From NCBI RefSeq assembly GCF_009914755.1, contig NC_060938.1: DNA of 64,000 bases. One strand, 5' to 3'. The notes under the pieces were generated by a model, which worked only from the letters and a program-made list of their open reading frames with translations, had not been told where the DNA came from and did not search any database. Positions 1 to 14,566 of the stretch are shown piece by piece. Source of the stretch: the human T2T-CHM13v2.0 reference genome, Homo sapiens. Each line of letters opens with the position of its first letter. Position 1 is the stretch's first letter. Made by a program: the position numbers and the translations under genes.

Positions 1-1015
1 CCCAGCTGGTGTATGATCATCTATCTCAGCTTTCAAAGGAGTTTGAGTATTACTTCCTAATATAGTCTGGCTGTGTCTCCACCCAAATCTCATCTTGAAT
101 TGTAGTTCTCGTAATCCCCATGTGTCGTGGGAGAGACTGGTGGGAGGTAATTGACTCATAGGGGCAGTTACCCCCATGCTGTTCTCATGATAGTAGTGAG
201 TTCTCACAAGATCTGATGGTTTTATAAGGGGCTTTTCCTCCTTCACCTGGCACTTCTCTCTCCTGATGCCATGTGAAGAAGGATGTGTTTGCATCCCTTC
301 CACCACGATTGTAGGTTTCCTGAGGCCTCCGCAGCCATGCGGAACTATGGGTCAATTAAACCTCTTTCCTTTATAAATTACCCAGTCTCGGGTATTTCTT
401 CATAGCAGCATGAGAATGGACCAACATACTTCTCAACCACCAAAGATCCCCAAATTGGGAAGAAATGGTTCCGCAACCCACTTGTAAATAAACCAGGTGA
501 ATCAACTTTGTCCATGCTAGAAGAGGATCAACTTCCTGAGATTGCAAATGACTCTGGCCTTAAAAGTATGTCTGAGACAACTTCAAACCTCTATATGTTC
601 TGGATTTAAGTCAAGGCAAAATATCCTGAGATTGCCTTGTGCACCAAAAAGCCTGCTTCCATTTCCAACATCTTATCTTTGTGAAGCAGGTTTTTCTGCA
701 GTGACAGCAACAAAAATGAGACTACAGAGTAGAATGGACGTAAGCAACACACTTTGGGTGTCACTGTCTCCCATGACCCCAAGACGGGACTGTCTAGTTG
801 CAGGAAAAAAAAGCTCAGGGCTCCCACTGACTCTATGGTGAGTTGCATAATTATTTCTTTATATATTACAGTGTAATAATAACAGAAATAAAGTACACAA
901 TAAATGCAATGCACTTGAATCATCCCAAAACCATCCTTCTCTCTGCCTCCCAGTCTGTGAAAAAATTGTCCTCCATGAAAAGTGCCTCTGGTGCCAAAAA
1001 GGTTGGGGACCCCTG
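1..1015 (+). mobile_element. hAT-Charlie DNA transposon remnant (Charlie3/MER1-like), 3' part of transposase plus TIR, interrupted by a THE1 LTR
   Basis: ORF 542-841 has the hAT dimerisation-domain-like motif LLPFPTSYLCEAGFS; the element ends in GGTTGGGGACCCCTG (1001-1015), the reverse complement of the MER1-type TIR CAGGGGTCCCCAACC. Confidence 0.8.
58..428 (+). mobile_element. THE1C/D-like MaLR solo LTR
   Basis: Typical ends (taatatagtctggctgtgtc...gaatggaccaacata), internal gagatctgatggttttataagg-like motif, 5-bp TSD cttcc/cttct. Confidence 0.85.
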
Positions 1016-3290
1016 CCCTAAAGCTATTGAAACCAAATAATAATAATAATAATAATGATTTTTTAAAAGGACACTGCAGAAGGAAGGCGCTTCTCTTTCT
1101 GGTTCCATGTTTTCCATTTGTTGCATTTTCATTTCAGCATCCTGTGTGAGGATATCCAGTGGTACTCAACTCCATCAAGTTTCAGCAGTACCCACATTGG
1201 GCAGCTTCCCATCAAGTTTCAGTAGCCCCACCCCCTACTCAGATTCTTACTGAATCTGACAGACAACCTCACAGTCAATCCCCCAGCTTCACCCTACCAG
1301 CATCCTGGAGAGGTGTTTCCTGCCCATCATTCGTGGTGTGGTTCCCTGCCTTCCAGCGTCACTCCGCCTTTAATTAGGAACAGTGTCCTCTCCTTCCCCA
1401 GCAACTGTGGATCAGCTATGGCCCCAGTAACTCAGTAAGTCTCTCCACCATTCAGGGAGCTATAGCCACACCTCCAACAAGGTAGGAATCCCAGCCTTGC
1501 AGAGAGCCCCCTCTAAGTTTATATCTCCTTTGGGCACTGTCTGTCAGCCCAGGGGATTCTTTAGAGTCATCTCTGTCCTTTTACAGATAATCCCCTTATA
1601 GTTAATTATATCAGGAGTCAGCAAATTTTTTTTCTCTGCCCAACTGTGAGCCTCTGCCAGCTGTAGCACAAAAGCACAGACAATTATAAATGAATGGGGT
1701 AGCTTGATTTGACCTGTGGTAAGCTAAATTTAGCCCATGGGATATGGCTTATCAACCTCTGCTGTATGTTAAGCTTTCCCTGTTAAAATTACTATGGGAC
1801 ATCTGTCTCATCTGTTTAGGGGCAAATGCTGAGTGAACTCTGAGGGACAAATGCAACAAATACGTCAAGTAGGAAAAGGAATAGAAAGTATCCTTCGGAA
1901 GTGCTAGTGACTGTATCAAAAGCAGTCTCAGTAAAATGCTTAGGTGAGGACGATGCCAGGTTGTGGAGTAAATAGGAGGTGAAAAAGCAGAAGCACTGTG
2001 TATAAATCATTCTTTTAGGAAGTCTGCATATGTGAAGAAAGAGATTAGTAGCTAGAAAGGAATATTTATGTGTGGGAAATAAGCCTTAGATTGCAAAATA
2101 TTTGAGACTCTGATGCCAGGGAGGTCCGATATACAAGAAATAAGATGGCAGACTTCAGACAAGCCCGACCTACCATTAGGATCCATGCAAGCAAGTCACT
2201 TACTGTGGAGAGTCCTATGCAACCACCAGCTGAGGATGTGCTACACATCTTTCCTGCAAACACTGTGACACACTTCCCCCACCCTCTGCAGTTAATTCCC
2301 AGCTTTCAAGCCTCCTGTCTTAATAAGTTACACAAATAATGGCCTTCATCCTAAAACTGCTTTACAGTACCAGATGGTTCAGCAAACTATGGCACAGCCA
2401 ATTTTAAGGGTCAGGAAGAAGATAATGATTTCTTGTCTAAGAACTCAAAGACCATCCTTTGGCAAAAGTTTATTGAGCAGACCTTAAAATTAAAGGTCAA
2501 CAGGAAATGTTTTTTAAAACATCGATAAAGTAGAAACATACTGGATTTAACGATTGGAGCACATAGCTGGAAATCAGAACATCAGAGGTACAAACGCGAG
2601 AACCACCATTTACTGAGCACCTAGGTATGACAGATACTTTGCATACAGTAAAGTATCTCTGCAAAGCTTGGCTTAACCTCAGGCCAATCTTACAAGGCAG
2701 GATTTCTAACCTCCCTGAGGGCATATACTAGCTCTTGTTCATCTATTCCCAGGCCCCAGCATAGTGTCTGAGTGTCCGGCACATTCAATATTTACTTCTT
2801 AAATGAACAAAGTAGTCCCTTTTTTGCAAATGAAGAACTACTAACGCTCCCAGTAGTTAAGTAGCTAGAAAAGCCTGGATTCAAACCATAATCTTAAAGC
2901 AACCTTCTAAATAAATAGGAGACCCCATAACTGGAAACATATATAAACCAAGACAAAAAAGAATATTTGTTTTAATTTTTTTCTGTAAAATTATGAGACT
3001 ATAACTGGTATATTACTTGCTTACATTTATACAAAGGCATAATAATGTTCAACTTTATTGAAATAATAATAGCTATTGATTTACAGTTTCCTATGGACTA
3101 ATTTCTGTACTAAGTGCTTTATGTATGCTCTCTCATTTGATCCTCATAACATTATTATTATCATCCCCATTTTACAGAAAACAGAACTAAGGCTTAAAGG
3201 AGCAAAGTAACTTAAGTGGCAGAGCCAGGATTCAAATCCAGGCAAGAAGACTATTTCCGAAACCCAACTTTTTAATCAGTACACTTGTTA

Positions 3291-3779
<489 letters not shown>

Positions 3780-4385
3780 CTATGAGTCCCCCCACCAAAA
3801 AAAAAAAAAAAAAAAAAAACAGAACACACATGAGCTAGCTTAAGTGAAACAGAAATTAATCGTTTTTAAAGAATACAATAATGATGGTAGTGGTGGTGGT
3901 GGTCATCATGGTAGAAGCCAAAATAAGCAATAATACTAATAATTCAACAATTAAATGGCCCTTTTCTGTGCCAGGCTCTGTTCTAAGCACTTTACTTGTA
4001 TTAACTAATGTAACCCCAACAGTAGCCCTAGAGTAAACATAGCTGTAATCAATATGACAGGTAAGGAAACAACTTCCAAAAGTTAACTTGCCCAAACTCA
4101 AAAAAGTAGAAAGCTTTCTTACACACAGACATCTCTATTCCATAACCAAAACCTAGCAGGCTCAGTTCCAGGCTGTATTTTTGCTCTAATTTCATCAGGA
4201 GTCCACCCTGCTCCAGCACTTCAGAGCAGGAGACAGAATCAAATGGACCAGTGCCTGGGAAGTACAGAATTAAAGCTCATCCATTCATTCATGAGCACAT
4301 TCGTTCACAAGCACTTATTCATCCATTCATGAGCACCTGTTTCACAGCAAACCCTGTATGCAGAGTAGATTCTAAATGTTTATCA

Positions 4386-4594
4386 GGCCAGGCACAGTGG
4401 CTCAGGCCTGCAATCACAGCACTTTGACAGGCCAAAGTGGGAGGATCACTTGAACCTGGGAGGTCGAGGCTGCAGTGATCCAAGATGACACCACTGCACT
4501 CCAGCATGAGTTACAGAACAAGACTTCATCTCAAAAGAAAGAGAGAAAGAGAGGAAGGAAGGAAGAGAGGGAAGGAGGGAAGGAGGGATGGGAA
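4386..4594 (+). mobile_element. Alu monomer (FRAM-like) with GA-rich tail
   Basis: Single ~150-bp arm followed by purine repeat; TSD aaatgtttatca on both sides. Confidence 0.8.
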
Positions 4595-5186
4595 AATGTT
4601 TATCAGAATGAATTAAATGGATTCATGTAACCACAAATACTCCCATCTCCCAAATACCCCAAGCACTAGCATTATAGAAATTTCAGAGAGGTGTGCATAT
4701 CCGATAAAGGCCTGACAAGTCTCTGAGTCATTCATAATTAGTGATAACAAGATACCAGAAACAAGCTTTAAAAACTAAAAGAAAAACTCACAAAAATATT
4801 TGCATTATATGGGAACCAAAGGGTTAATCAGCTCTTTCAAAAACACAAGAAAAAGAACAGTCCAGTTGTAAAAGACTCAAAAGATACATAAGCAGACAAT
4901 TCACAGAAATCAAATGACCCTAACAAATGTTATTTGTTATTTCACTAAATAATTACAAATTAAAATAATAAAATGATATTCTTATCTATCTGTTTTATAC
5001 AGATGAAAAAACCTCTCACTCGCAGGGTTAGCAAGGTTATACCTTGTTGTAAGAGTATTAACTATAAAAACTACATTAGCATGTATATCTACTATGTACC
5101 CACAAAAATTAAAAATTTAAAAAAAAAAAACCACATTAGCTTTTCTGGAGAACAACCTGGCAATACAAGTAAAAATAAATAATACG

Positions 5187-5472
5187 GGCCAGGCGCAGTG
5201 GCCCATGCCTGTAATCACAGTATTTTGGGAGGCCAAGGTAGGAGGATTGCTTGAGCCCAAGCGTTCGAGATGAGCCTGGGCAACACAGTGAGACCTTGTC
5301 TCTACAAAAAAATAAAACAAAATTAGCCAGGTGTGGTAGTGCACACCTGTAGTCCTAACTACTCGGGAGGCTGATGTGAGAGGATTTCTCAAACCTGGGA
5401 GGTAGAGGCTACAGTGAGCCAAGATAGCACCACTGCACTTCAGCCTGGGTGACAGAGTGAGACCCTGTCTCA
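5187..5472 (+). mobile_element. AluJ
   Basis: Dimeric Alu with J-type diagnostics (gaggattgcttgagcccaa, gaggctacagtgagcc). Confidence 0.9.
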
Positions 5473-6051
5473 ATCAATCTGTAATATACATAGACGTTGA
5501 CCCAGAAAATCTATTTCTATGACTATTAACCTAGGAAGATAAAATATTTATATATATTTTATGTATAGACATATGCATAAGAATTTCACTGTAGAAATTC
5601 TTCAGAAATTTTAATTCACTCATCCATTCATCCATGAGCACATTCATTCACTCCAGTCTGGGCAACAGAGTGAATGAATTTTTTTACAGTTGTAAAAGAA
5701 TAAGAAAAAAATATAAATCCACTGGATAAGCATACAATAAATGTATCTAATCACTGGGATACTATGTATCTGCTAAAAGAGACAAGGTTGAATGGTAAGT
5801 GCTGACCTGTAACAATACATTTTACAAAAAAAGAAAAACATACTATACAATAGTATGAATGTATTGTAACTACTTTATATCAGAATCAACCCAGAGACAT
5901 TACATGGATAGTGTATTCTATAATATACATGCTAATATAGTTTTTAATAACCTGGTAAATCTAGATTATTTTTATATTATTTCCAAAATTTCTGGACCAG
6001 ATTATCCCAATAGGTCCCCCATCCAGCTCTAAAATTCTTTAATCCTAAGAA

Positions 6052-6348
6052 TTTTTTTTTTTTTTTGAGACAGCATCTTACTCTGTCACCCAGGCTGGCA
6101 TGTAGTAGTGTGATCACAGCTCACTGCAGCCTCGACCTTCTGGGCTCAAGTGATCATTCCACCTCAGCCTCCCGAGTAGCAGGGACCAAAGGCACATGCC
6201 ACCATGCCTGGCTAATTTTTTGATTTTTTTGTAGAGACGGGGTCTTGCTATGTTGCCCAAGGTGTTCTAAAACTCCTGGGCTCAAGCGATCCTCCTGCCT
6301 TGGCCTCCCAAAGTGTGGGATTACAGGCATGAGTCAATGCACCTGGCC
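6052..6348 (-). mobile_element. AluJ
   Basis: Poly-T followed by reverse-complement Alu; TSD taatccta. Confidence 0.9.
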
Positions 6349-6382
6349 TAATCCTATAAATTTTGTACACCACTGATCTTAA

Positions 6383-6702
<320 letters not shown>

Positions 6703-7540
6703 ACACAGTATTAGTACTGCAAGTCCGCAGTGTGTCTCCCCTCTATGTTTCAGAGCCTTTTATCTATCGAGCACAATATGAAATCCAAAAAAAGGTCCAG
6801 AATTTTTACATCTATGTTGTAAATTTAAACTTTAAACATTACACCCTTAATTATCAATGATAATTCATGTTGAATTTATTTATGGAAATCACAAATTATA
6901 ATGATCTCTTACCTCAATAATAATATAAGGACCACTATATTTTTTTAAAAAAACTAAGAAAGATAATAGAACTTTTTGAACATTGAAAGAGATGAATAAC
7001 TGCACACTGTGCCATATATGGTCCACTTAATCCAAAAATGTTAAGTGTGAATCAAATTCTATTAGAGGGCACTTATAAACAGCAATGAAGCCCCTTGGCA
7101 GTGGGTGGGACTGAAATTTGGAGTCAGAAGACCTGGGAACAATGATCACTCTTTTGGCTCCAGAATCCCAAGCAAATTAAATAACCTGAGACTCAACTGT
7201 CTCCTTTGTAAAAGATAAGCATGGTAAAGGAATTATATAATGCCTGTAAAAGGTGTCTGACAGAATGCCTGAGACAAAGCAGGTTCTCAATTCCTTGCTT
7301 AATAGAAACAGGTACATCACTGTTGCTTTTGTTAAGGTTATAAAGGATATCTCAACTTATCTACTTTGTTCATCTGAATTTTTGCAACACTGCATACACA
7401 ATCATTCGATATTTTATTTTTAAACTATATATTAGAAGGGGCTTCTTGCTCCCAAAACTCTATTTCTTGGCATAGTCTTTTCTACCATAAATATGCAAAA
7501 AATGTGTTATCTCAGAAACTCAGGGAGAAAGCATACTTAC

Positions 7541-7696
7541 AAAGCACACCCCCAAAACTCCGAGTTGCTCTTCTCTGAGCTCAACGCTCTTTTTAGGCAC
7601 ATATGTCTGCCTCCTATCATTTCTTCATGAGGTTCAGGGCAAAGGGCCTAGTCAAGCAGATGATCTTTGGTTGCCCCTACACTTTCCCCAAACCAC
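7541..7696 (-). other. CEP128: CEP128 5'-UTR exon (exon 2, 156 nt, non-coding for the main ORF)
   Basis: Unique sequence bounded on the minus strand by acceptor ttttgtttatttgtag|GTGG and donor CTTT|gtaagt; lies downstream of the minus-strand CpG promoter. Gene identity comes from known synteny with TSHR; the main ATG is outside the window. Confidence 0.7.
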
Positions 7697-8548
7697 CTAC
7701 AAATAAACAAAACAAGGGGGTAAGACATACCTACAACTTTAAACATTTTTAAATAATGAAATATGAAAATTAAGTCCCTATGTACAGACTATGGCATAAC
7801 ACAGAATAGAGAAAATGCTCCTAGAATGATTCAAAAGCCCAAGAGACCTCACTACAATTCTTCACATCCAAGTGCCCAGCCCACATATTGTCACTGGTGA
7901 CTTCCATCCATGCCTGGGCATCCCTGGGGCTTGCCAGAGAGTTCATGCTCCAGTGTGAACCGCAGCCCAAGTCTAGCCAAAAAGTACTATGTATGAGCAT
8001 GTCTAAAAGTTGGTAACTAAGTCAGGTAATACAGTTAACATGTTACTGCTGAATGTGGTGACCCAATTATACTTCCAAGCCAGTCTAACACTCCTAAAGG
8101 AAATATTTTATAAGATGCCCAGTTCTTCCCATACTCAGTGCTACAATTAAATGAATAAGAATAAAATGCCTTTGGTTGTAGAAAAGAGCTGTGGACAGAA
8201 ATATTTTCAATTAATTGTGACTGCTTTCAAAGCAATCTGTAAGAATCCACAGGAAGTGATCCAGAGAACTGGGAGTTGTCTACATAAAAGGTAGATCTGG
8301 GAATACATCTATAAACCATTTCAAGAAAAAAAAAAGGTATTCTGAAAAAGTTAATCAAAATAAACTGTCAAGAAACAGTTCAAAGAGACCCAGGTTATGC
8401 AATGGCAGACAAGATACGCTGAGAGAACATAGGCACAGTGCACACTTCACTCTTCTAACAAAACAGCCACCATCACCCATGAAATGAGTCATAGACACAA
8501 CCAAATTTATGTGTGCCAATGTGAAACTGCCAAAGTTTTAAGCTTATC

Positions 8549-9017
<469 letters not shown>

Positions 9018-9479
9018 ATCTGCATAATTAATAAAAAATAAACAACAAATGCTGAGCACTTGCAGGGTGCCAGGCACTGTGCTAGATACTTTACATAATA
9101 CTCAAATCAATGCTGCAATTAATGGTAAAGTTTTACCAGACGCCTACATAACAGATTGGCTCCATCAAACCAATAAAAGATGCAGCTGGGATTCAATGTC
9201 AGGTATTTTTACGAAATAATTCAATTAAGGGACTGCTAACAGCTAAGGCTGGAGCAAATCCTATGATGGCATGGGAAAGAGAGGTCACTAATAAAGCGTT
9301 CCCGAGAGTAGCACGCTTTCTGTGACTACAAAACAGGTATTAAAAAAAAAATCAAATTTGCTTGCAGGACAGGCAAGCAAATGTCAGACGGTCCTCTGGA
9401 GGACCTACCGAATGAGTCCAATCTCCTGTCCCTTAAAGCTTCACAGATGCTAGCGGTAGAGCAAGCTGCTCCCAAAGGA

Positions 9480-10100
9480 AGGACAATGTAGTCCAGATTC
9501 GCTGGGTAACCTGGCCAGGACCTGACCGCGGACACCCCTGCCGAGGGAGGGAGGCCTCGGGATGACAGGCGCGCCGTCTCCCCTCACCTCTGCACACACT
9601 CCACCCATCCACGGCCCCACCCCAGATCCCGCGCCGCTCTGAGGTCCCCACCCCTGGGACGAGGGGAAGTGGGACTAAAACGTCTACAGTAAGACGGGGA
9701 AGTGGTCGAAAAAGGGCAAGGGGGAGGTGGGGGCAGATACCTGAGACGGAGGATGATCCCAGCTCCTTAATGCCGGATCATCGCCTAGGCCCCACCCGGC
9801 TCCCGCGGCTACCAGTGACCCAGAAGGTGCAACTGACCAAACGCAGCGACTCAACCGACTGTGCTCTCCCCAGACTCGCAGCTATGGCAACTTGAACTAG
9901 CCGCCCAGCCACAGCGAGAGTACAGGACCCCGCTGCCGCCGCTTGGCCCTCTGGGAGTTGTAGTCCATCTCGGCCTCATGATCAAGGAATTACCAAGGGA
10001 GAGAGTCCCGAAAAGGAACTGCAAATCCCAGGATGCCATATAGCTGGCCTTCGGGTAACTTTCCCGGATAAAAGCCTGATCCCTTGGCCGCGCCCTCTTG
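9480..10100 (-). promoter_or_regulatory. CEP128: CpG-island promoter of CEP128
   Basis: Local high GC/CpG; GGACTACAACTCCCAG (minus strand, 9951-9966) is a ZNF143/THAP11-type motif; X-box-like site at 9878-9891. Confidence 0.75.
9741..9900 (-). other. CEP128: CEP128 first exon (non-coding); 5' end approximate
   Basis: Minus-strand donor TCAG|gtatct at 9741/9740 within the CpG island; the TSS cannot be fixed from sequence. Confidence 0.6.
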
Positions 10101-10889
10101 CCCTGCTCTATTTTTTTTTTTTGTTAAAGGACCAGCCTCCTTTGTAGGAGGCAAACTCCAGTTAGAAAGTGAATAAAAATGCTTCCTTGGCCTTGACTGT
10201 AATTTTACTCCTTGGGGGACAAAAGGAGTCCCCCAGGACTACGGTAAGATGGGGAAGTAGAAAAAGGGCAAGGGAGCGGTGGGAGGACAGGGAAAGACAA
10301 TTTCTAGCACTGAAATGTAAAAATCCCCTTAATACCAGGGTCCAGTATATTGTTCCAAAGACTCACAAATTCTTAGAAGCGGACGGGAACAGAGAAGATT
10401 ATGTAGTCCAACCTGTTTGGCCTGGAAAGAGTAAGGGACTTGCCTAAGATCATATGGCTTATTCACGGCACACCAAAAGTAGATGTAAGGCTGTCAGCTC
10501 ATTACTGCTGCTACTTCAGTCTAGGTGTCATCTCCTCACTCTAGAACATAAAAGAAATGTTTTCCACTCAGGGGAGTTGGTTTCAGTCACGAAGAGAATG
10601 AAAACCTCAATAAAAAACTGAACTTTGGAAAGCTAAAAAGTAACAATTAAATTAGTCATATGAATTGCCCTTCTTCTCTGCCAAAAAGACCACTTCCCCT
10701 TCCTTCTTTGAGGCTAAACTCAAATATTACCTGATCTGTGAAAGCTTTCCTGGCTACGTGAAGAAGAGCTAGATCATGTTTAATAACAAGGGTTCCTTAA
10801 TCTAATAATTCTGTGCTCTATAATCCATTTCCCAGTTGGTCCCCTCTATTAGCCCTTCAAAGGGACCTAACCTTTTTTGTACATTTTTA

Positions 10890-11003
10890 TCTTTCTTCTC
10901 ACCCTTTCCTCACTTGCCCTTCTCCGTTCATATCCCTCTCTCTCTTTCTTTCTCTCTCTCCCCCTTTCTCTCCTTCCATCCCTCCTTACCCCTCCTCCCT
11001 CCC
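10890..11003. repeat. CT-rich low-complexity tract
   Basis: ~110 bp dominated by pyrimidines (ctctctctctttctttctctctctccccc...). Confidence 0.8.
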
Positions 11004-11831
11004 AACAGGCAGAGTCATAAATAATTAGCACATAAATTTGATATAGTCGTATTATTCAAATTTTTTTTCTGGCCAACACTGAGACATAAAACTATCTCAT
11101 ATTGGTTTGAACATAAAATAATTCTTCCAAAGACCTCCTATGCATTTGCAACTATCTTCAAGCTGCTTACTTGAAATTGTTCCTCAAGAATACACTCCAC
11201 CAGACAGAGTTTAAGATAATTCAGAACAGCCATAAAATTGCCCCATATACATGCAGAAGCATAATAATAACTGTTTATTTGTAAACATTTTAACTTTCAA
11301 AACAATTCTATTCATTTATGTAATTCAGCAAATGTATGCTGTATATTTCTAGTATCCAGACATTGTTTTAGACACTGAAGTTGCAGTGAAAATAAACAAC
11401 ATAGACTTTGCTTTCAAATTGCTCAGAGCCATGTGAGAGAAAAAGACAACAAATGATTACAAATCTCTGTGTAATAGAATACTGCATAGGTTTGTATGGA
11501 AAGACATAAAAGAGAAACTTTCTGAAGAAGTGATAATCAGATCAACTGCAGGAGAAATGTCTACCAAAAGAGCTAATGTAATCACGAGCTACATTAATAA
11601 AAACTGTTTGTCCACAGCTTTTCCTCCCTGGTTCAACCATATTTAGAGAATTGGATTCTATTCTATAGGCCTTATTTTTCAAAGTGATATTAACCAAATA
11701 AATCAAACATTACAGGACACAACTGGGACCAAAGGGTTAAAAATCAGATATTTTCGTTCATTTTGATCAAGAAATGCTTAAATATGTTACTAAATTCATA
11801 GCAGCTGTTTGTCAGCTGTGGTGTGCTCTCA

Positions 11832-12230
<399 letters not shown>

Positions 12231-12406
12231 TTAAAGCCGACAAAATGAGTTAAACCAACAAAATAGATTTTACATGAAATTGTCTCATAACTCCCAAAGA
12301 TATGTATTACTTTTAATCAATATGGCCAACACACATTATACAAACACAATACCATACTCAAGCAGAATCATCTGAGCTTAGATTTAGAAAAACCCACAAA
12401 GAGTAT

Positions 12407-13109
<703 letters not shown>

Positions 13110-13178
13110 AGTATCATTTGCAGTACCCTTCTTTTGCAAACCATGTATTACACATAGGGGCACACAGAGGTTACATGA

Positions 13179-13530
13179 TGTATTAGTTTACTAGGGATTT
13201 GATTAAATACCACAGAATGGGTGACTTAAACAACAAAAATTTATTTCCCACAATTCTGAAGGCTGCAAGTCCGAGATCAATGTGTCAGCAAGTTTAGGTT
13301 CTCCTAAGGTCTCTGTCTTTGGCTTGCAGAGATCCATCTTTTCTCTGTATCCTCAGATAGGCTTTTCCCTGTATGAGCACATACATGGTTTCTCTCTCTT
13401 CTTGTAACGACACCCGTTATCTTGAATTAGAACTTTATACTATAGCCTAATTTAAACTTAACTACCTCCTTAAAGGTCCCATTTTCAAAAACAGTAACAT
13501 GGGGGGTTAAGATTTCAACATGTTTTCCCC
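13179..13530 (-). mobile_element. MLT1-like MaLR LTR
   Basis: tgtattagttt...aataccacagaatgggtgacttaaacaac...aaggctgcaagtccgagatcaa pattern. Confidence 0.7.
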
Positions 13531-14084
13531 AAAATTGTACCTATTCAGGATTAGTGTCATCAATGATCTCATTACGTAATACCTTGATTGAGGTAGATGC
13601 GGGAGATATTTTTGATATGCCTCACCCACATCACCCCTTAAACTGGGAATGATTCTACCCACTGTGTTGGGCCCCTATAGCCTTGTTTATGTTATACAAA
13701 GCCCCTACCTGTCTCACCATGGCTGATTAGACAAGGAGTAGAGAGACACCTGAGACAATTTGGGCCAATCAGGCTCTTTATCCTTTGAGAATTTAAAATG
13801 GGGACTCAAGCTCCCAATTGGTTGCTAGAATAGTCTTGATGTACGGGTAAGAGCTGAGGCCGCCATAGAGAGGTGACCATCTTCACCTGTGTTCAAGAAG
13901 CAGCTGACAATGCTAACCTGCAGAGACAGAGAGAAGTGAGTAAAGCAGTGAAAGGAAATAAACTACACAACCACGAGGAAATGAGCCCAAGAGAATACAG
14001 CCCCCGTTCCTGACAACTTCCAAGTTCCTGGATCCAAGCCTTGTTATTCCCATTTGTATTTCCTGTACTTGTTTTCCACAATAC

Positions 14085-14345
14085 ACTAGTGGCAACTAGA
14101 GGTGGTTAAATGCACAGATTCTGGACCCAAACCACTTGGATTCAAGTCCGTTATAATGCCTATCAGCAATGTTACTTCAAACAAGTTACTTAATCATTCT
14201 GTGCCTTCATTTCTTCCTCTTCTAAATGTGGACAATAAAAATAGCACTTCATGTGTAGAGGTGTTTGGGGGATAAAATAAATTAATGTGTGTAAAGCACT
14301 AAGCCTAGTGTCTAATTCATGGTAAGCATTATTGAATGTAAGCTG
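14085..14345 (+). mobile_element. MIR
   Basis: MIR core: caagttacttaatcattctgtgccttcatttcttcctcttctaaatgtgg...gtgtaaagcact. Confidence 0.7.
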
Positions 14346-14458
14346 ACATTATATGTAGGCTGACAAATACTATGACATCCTAAAAATGTTAGTTCCATGA
14401 ATATTGGTACTCTATTATTTTGTTCTAGACACTTAGAACAAAGAATTTATTAATACCT

Positions 14459-14566
14459 TGATGCCTCATGATGCATCATGATGATGCCTCATGATGCATC
14501 ATGATGATGCCTCATGATGCATCATGATGATGCCTCATGATGCATCATGATGATGCCTCATGATGA
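14459..14566. repeat. 23-bp tandem repeat (TGATGCCTCATGATGCATCATGA) x4.7
   Basis: Four perfect copies at 14459-14550 plus a partial copy. Confidence 0.95.

Noticed and set aside
14459-14566. Palindromic repeat array as a CRISPR-like locus
   Set aside because: Units are contiguous with no unique spacers, there are no cas genes, and the context is primate genomic DNA.
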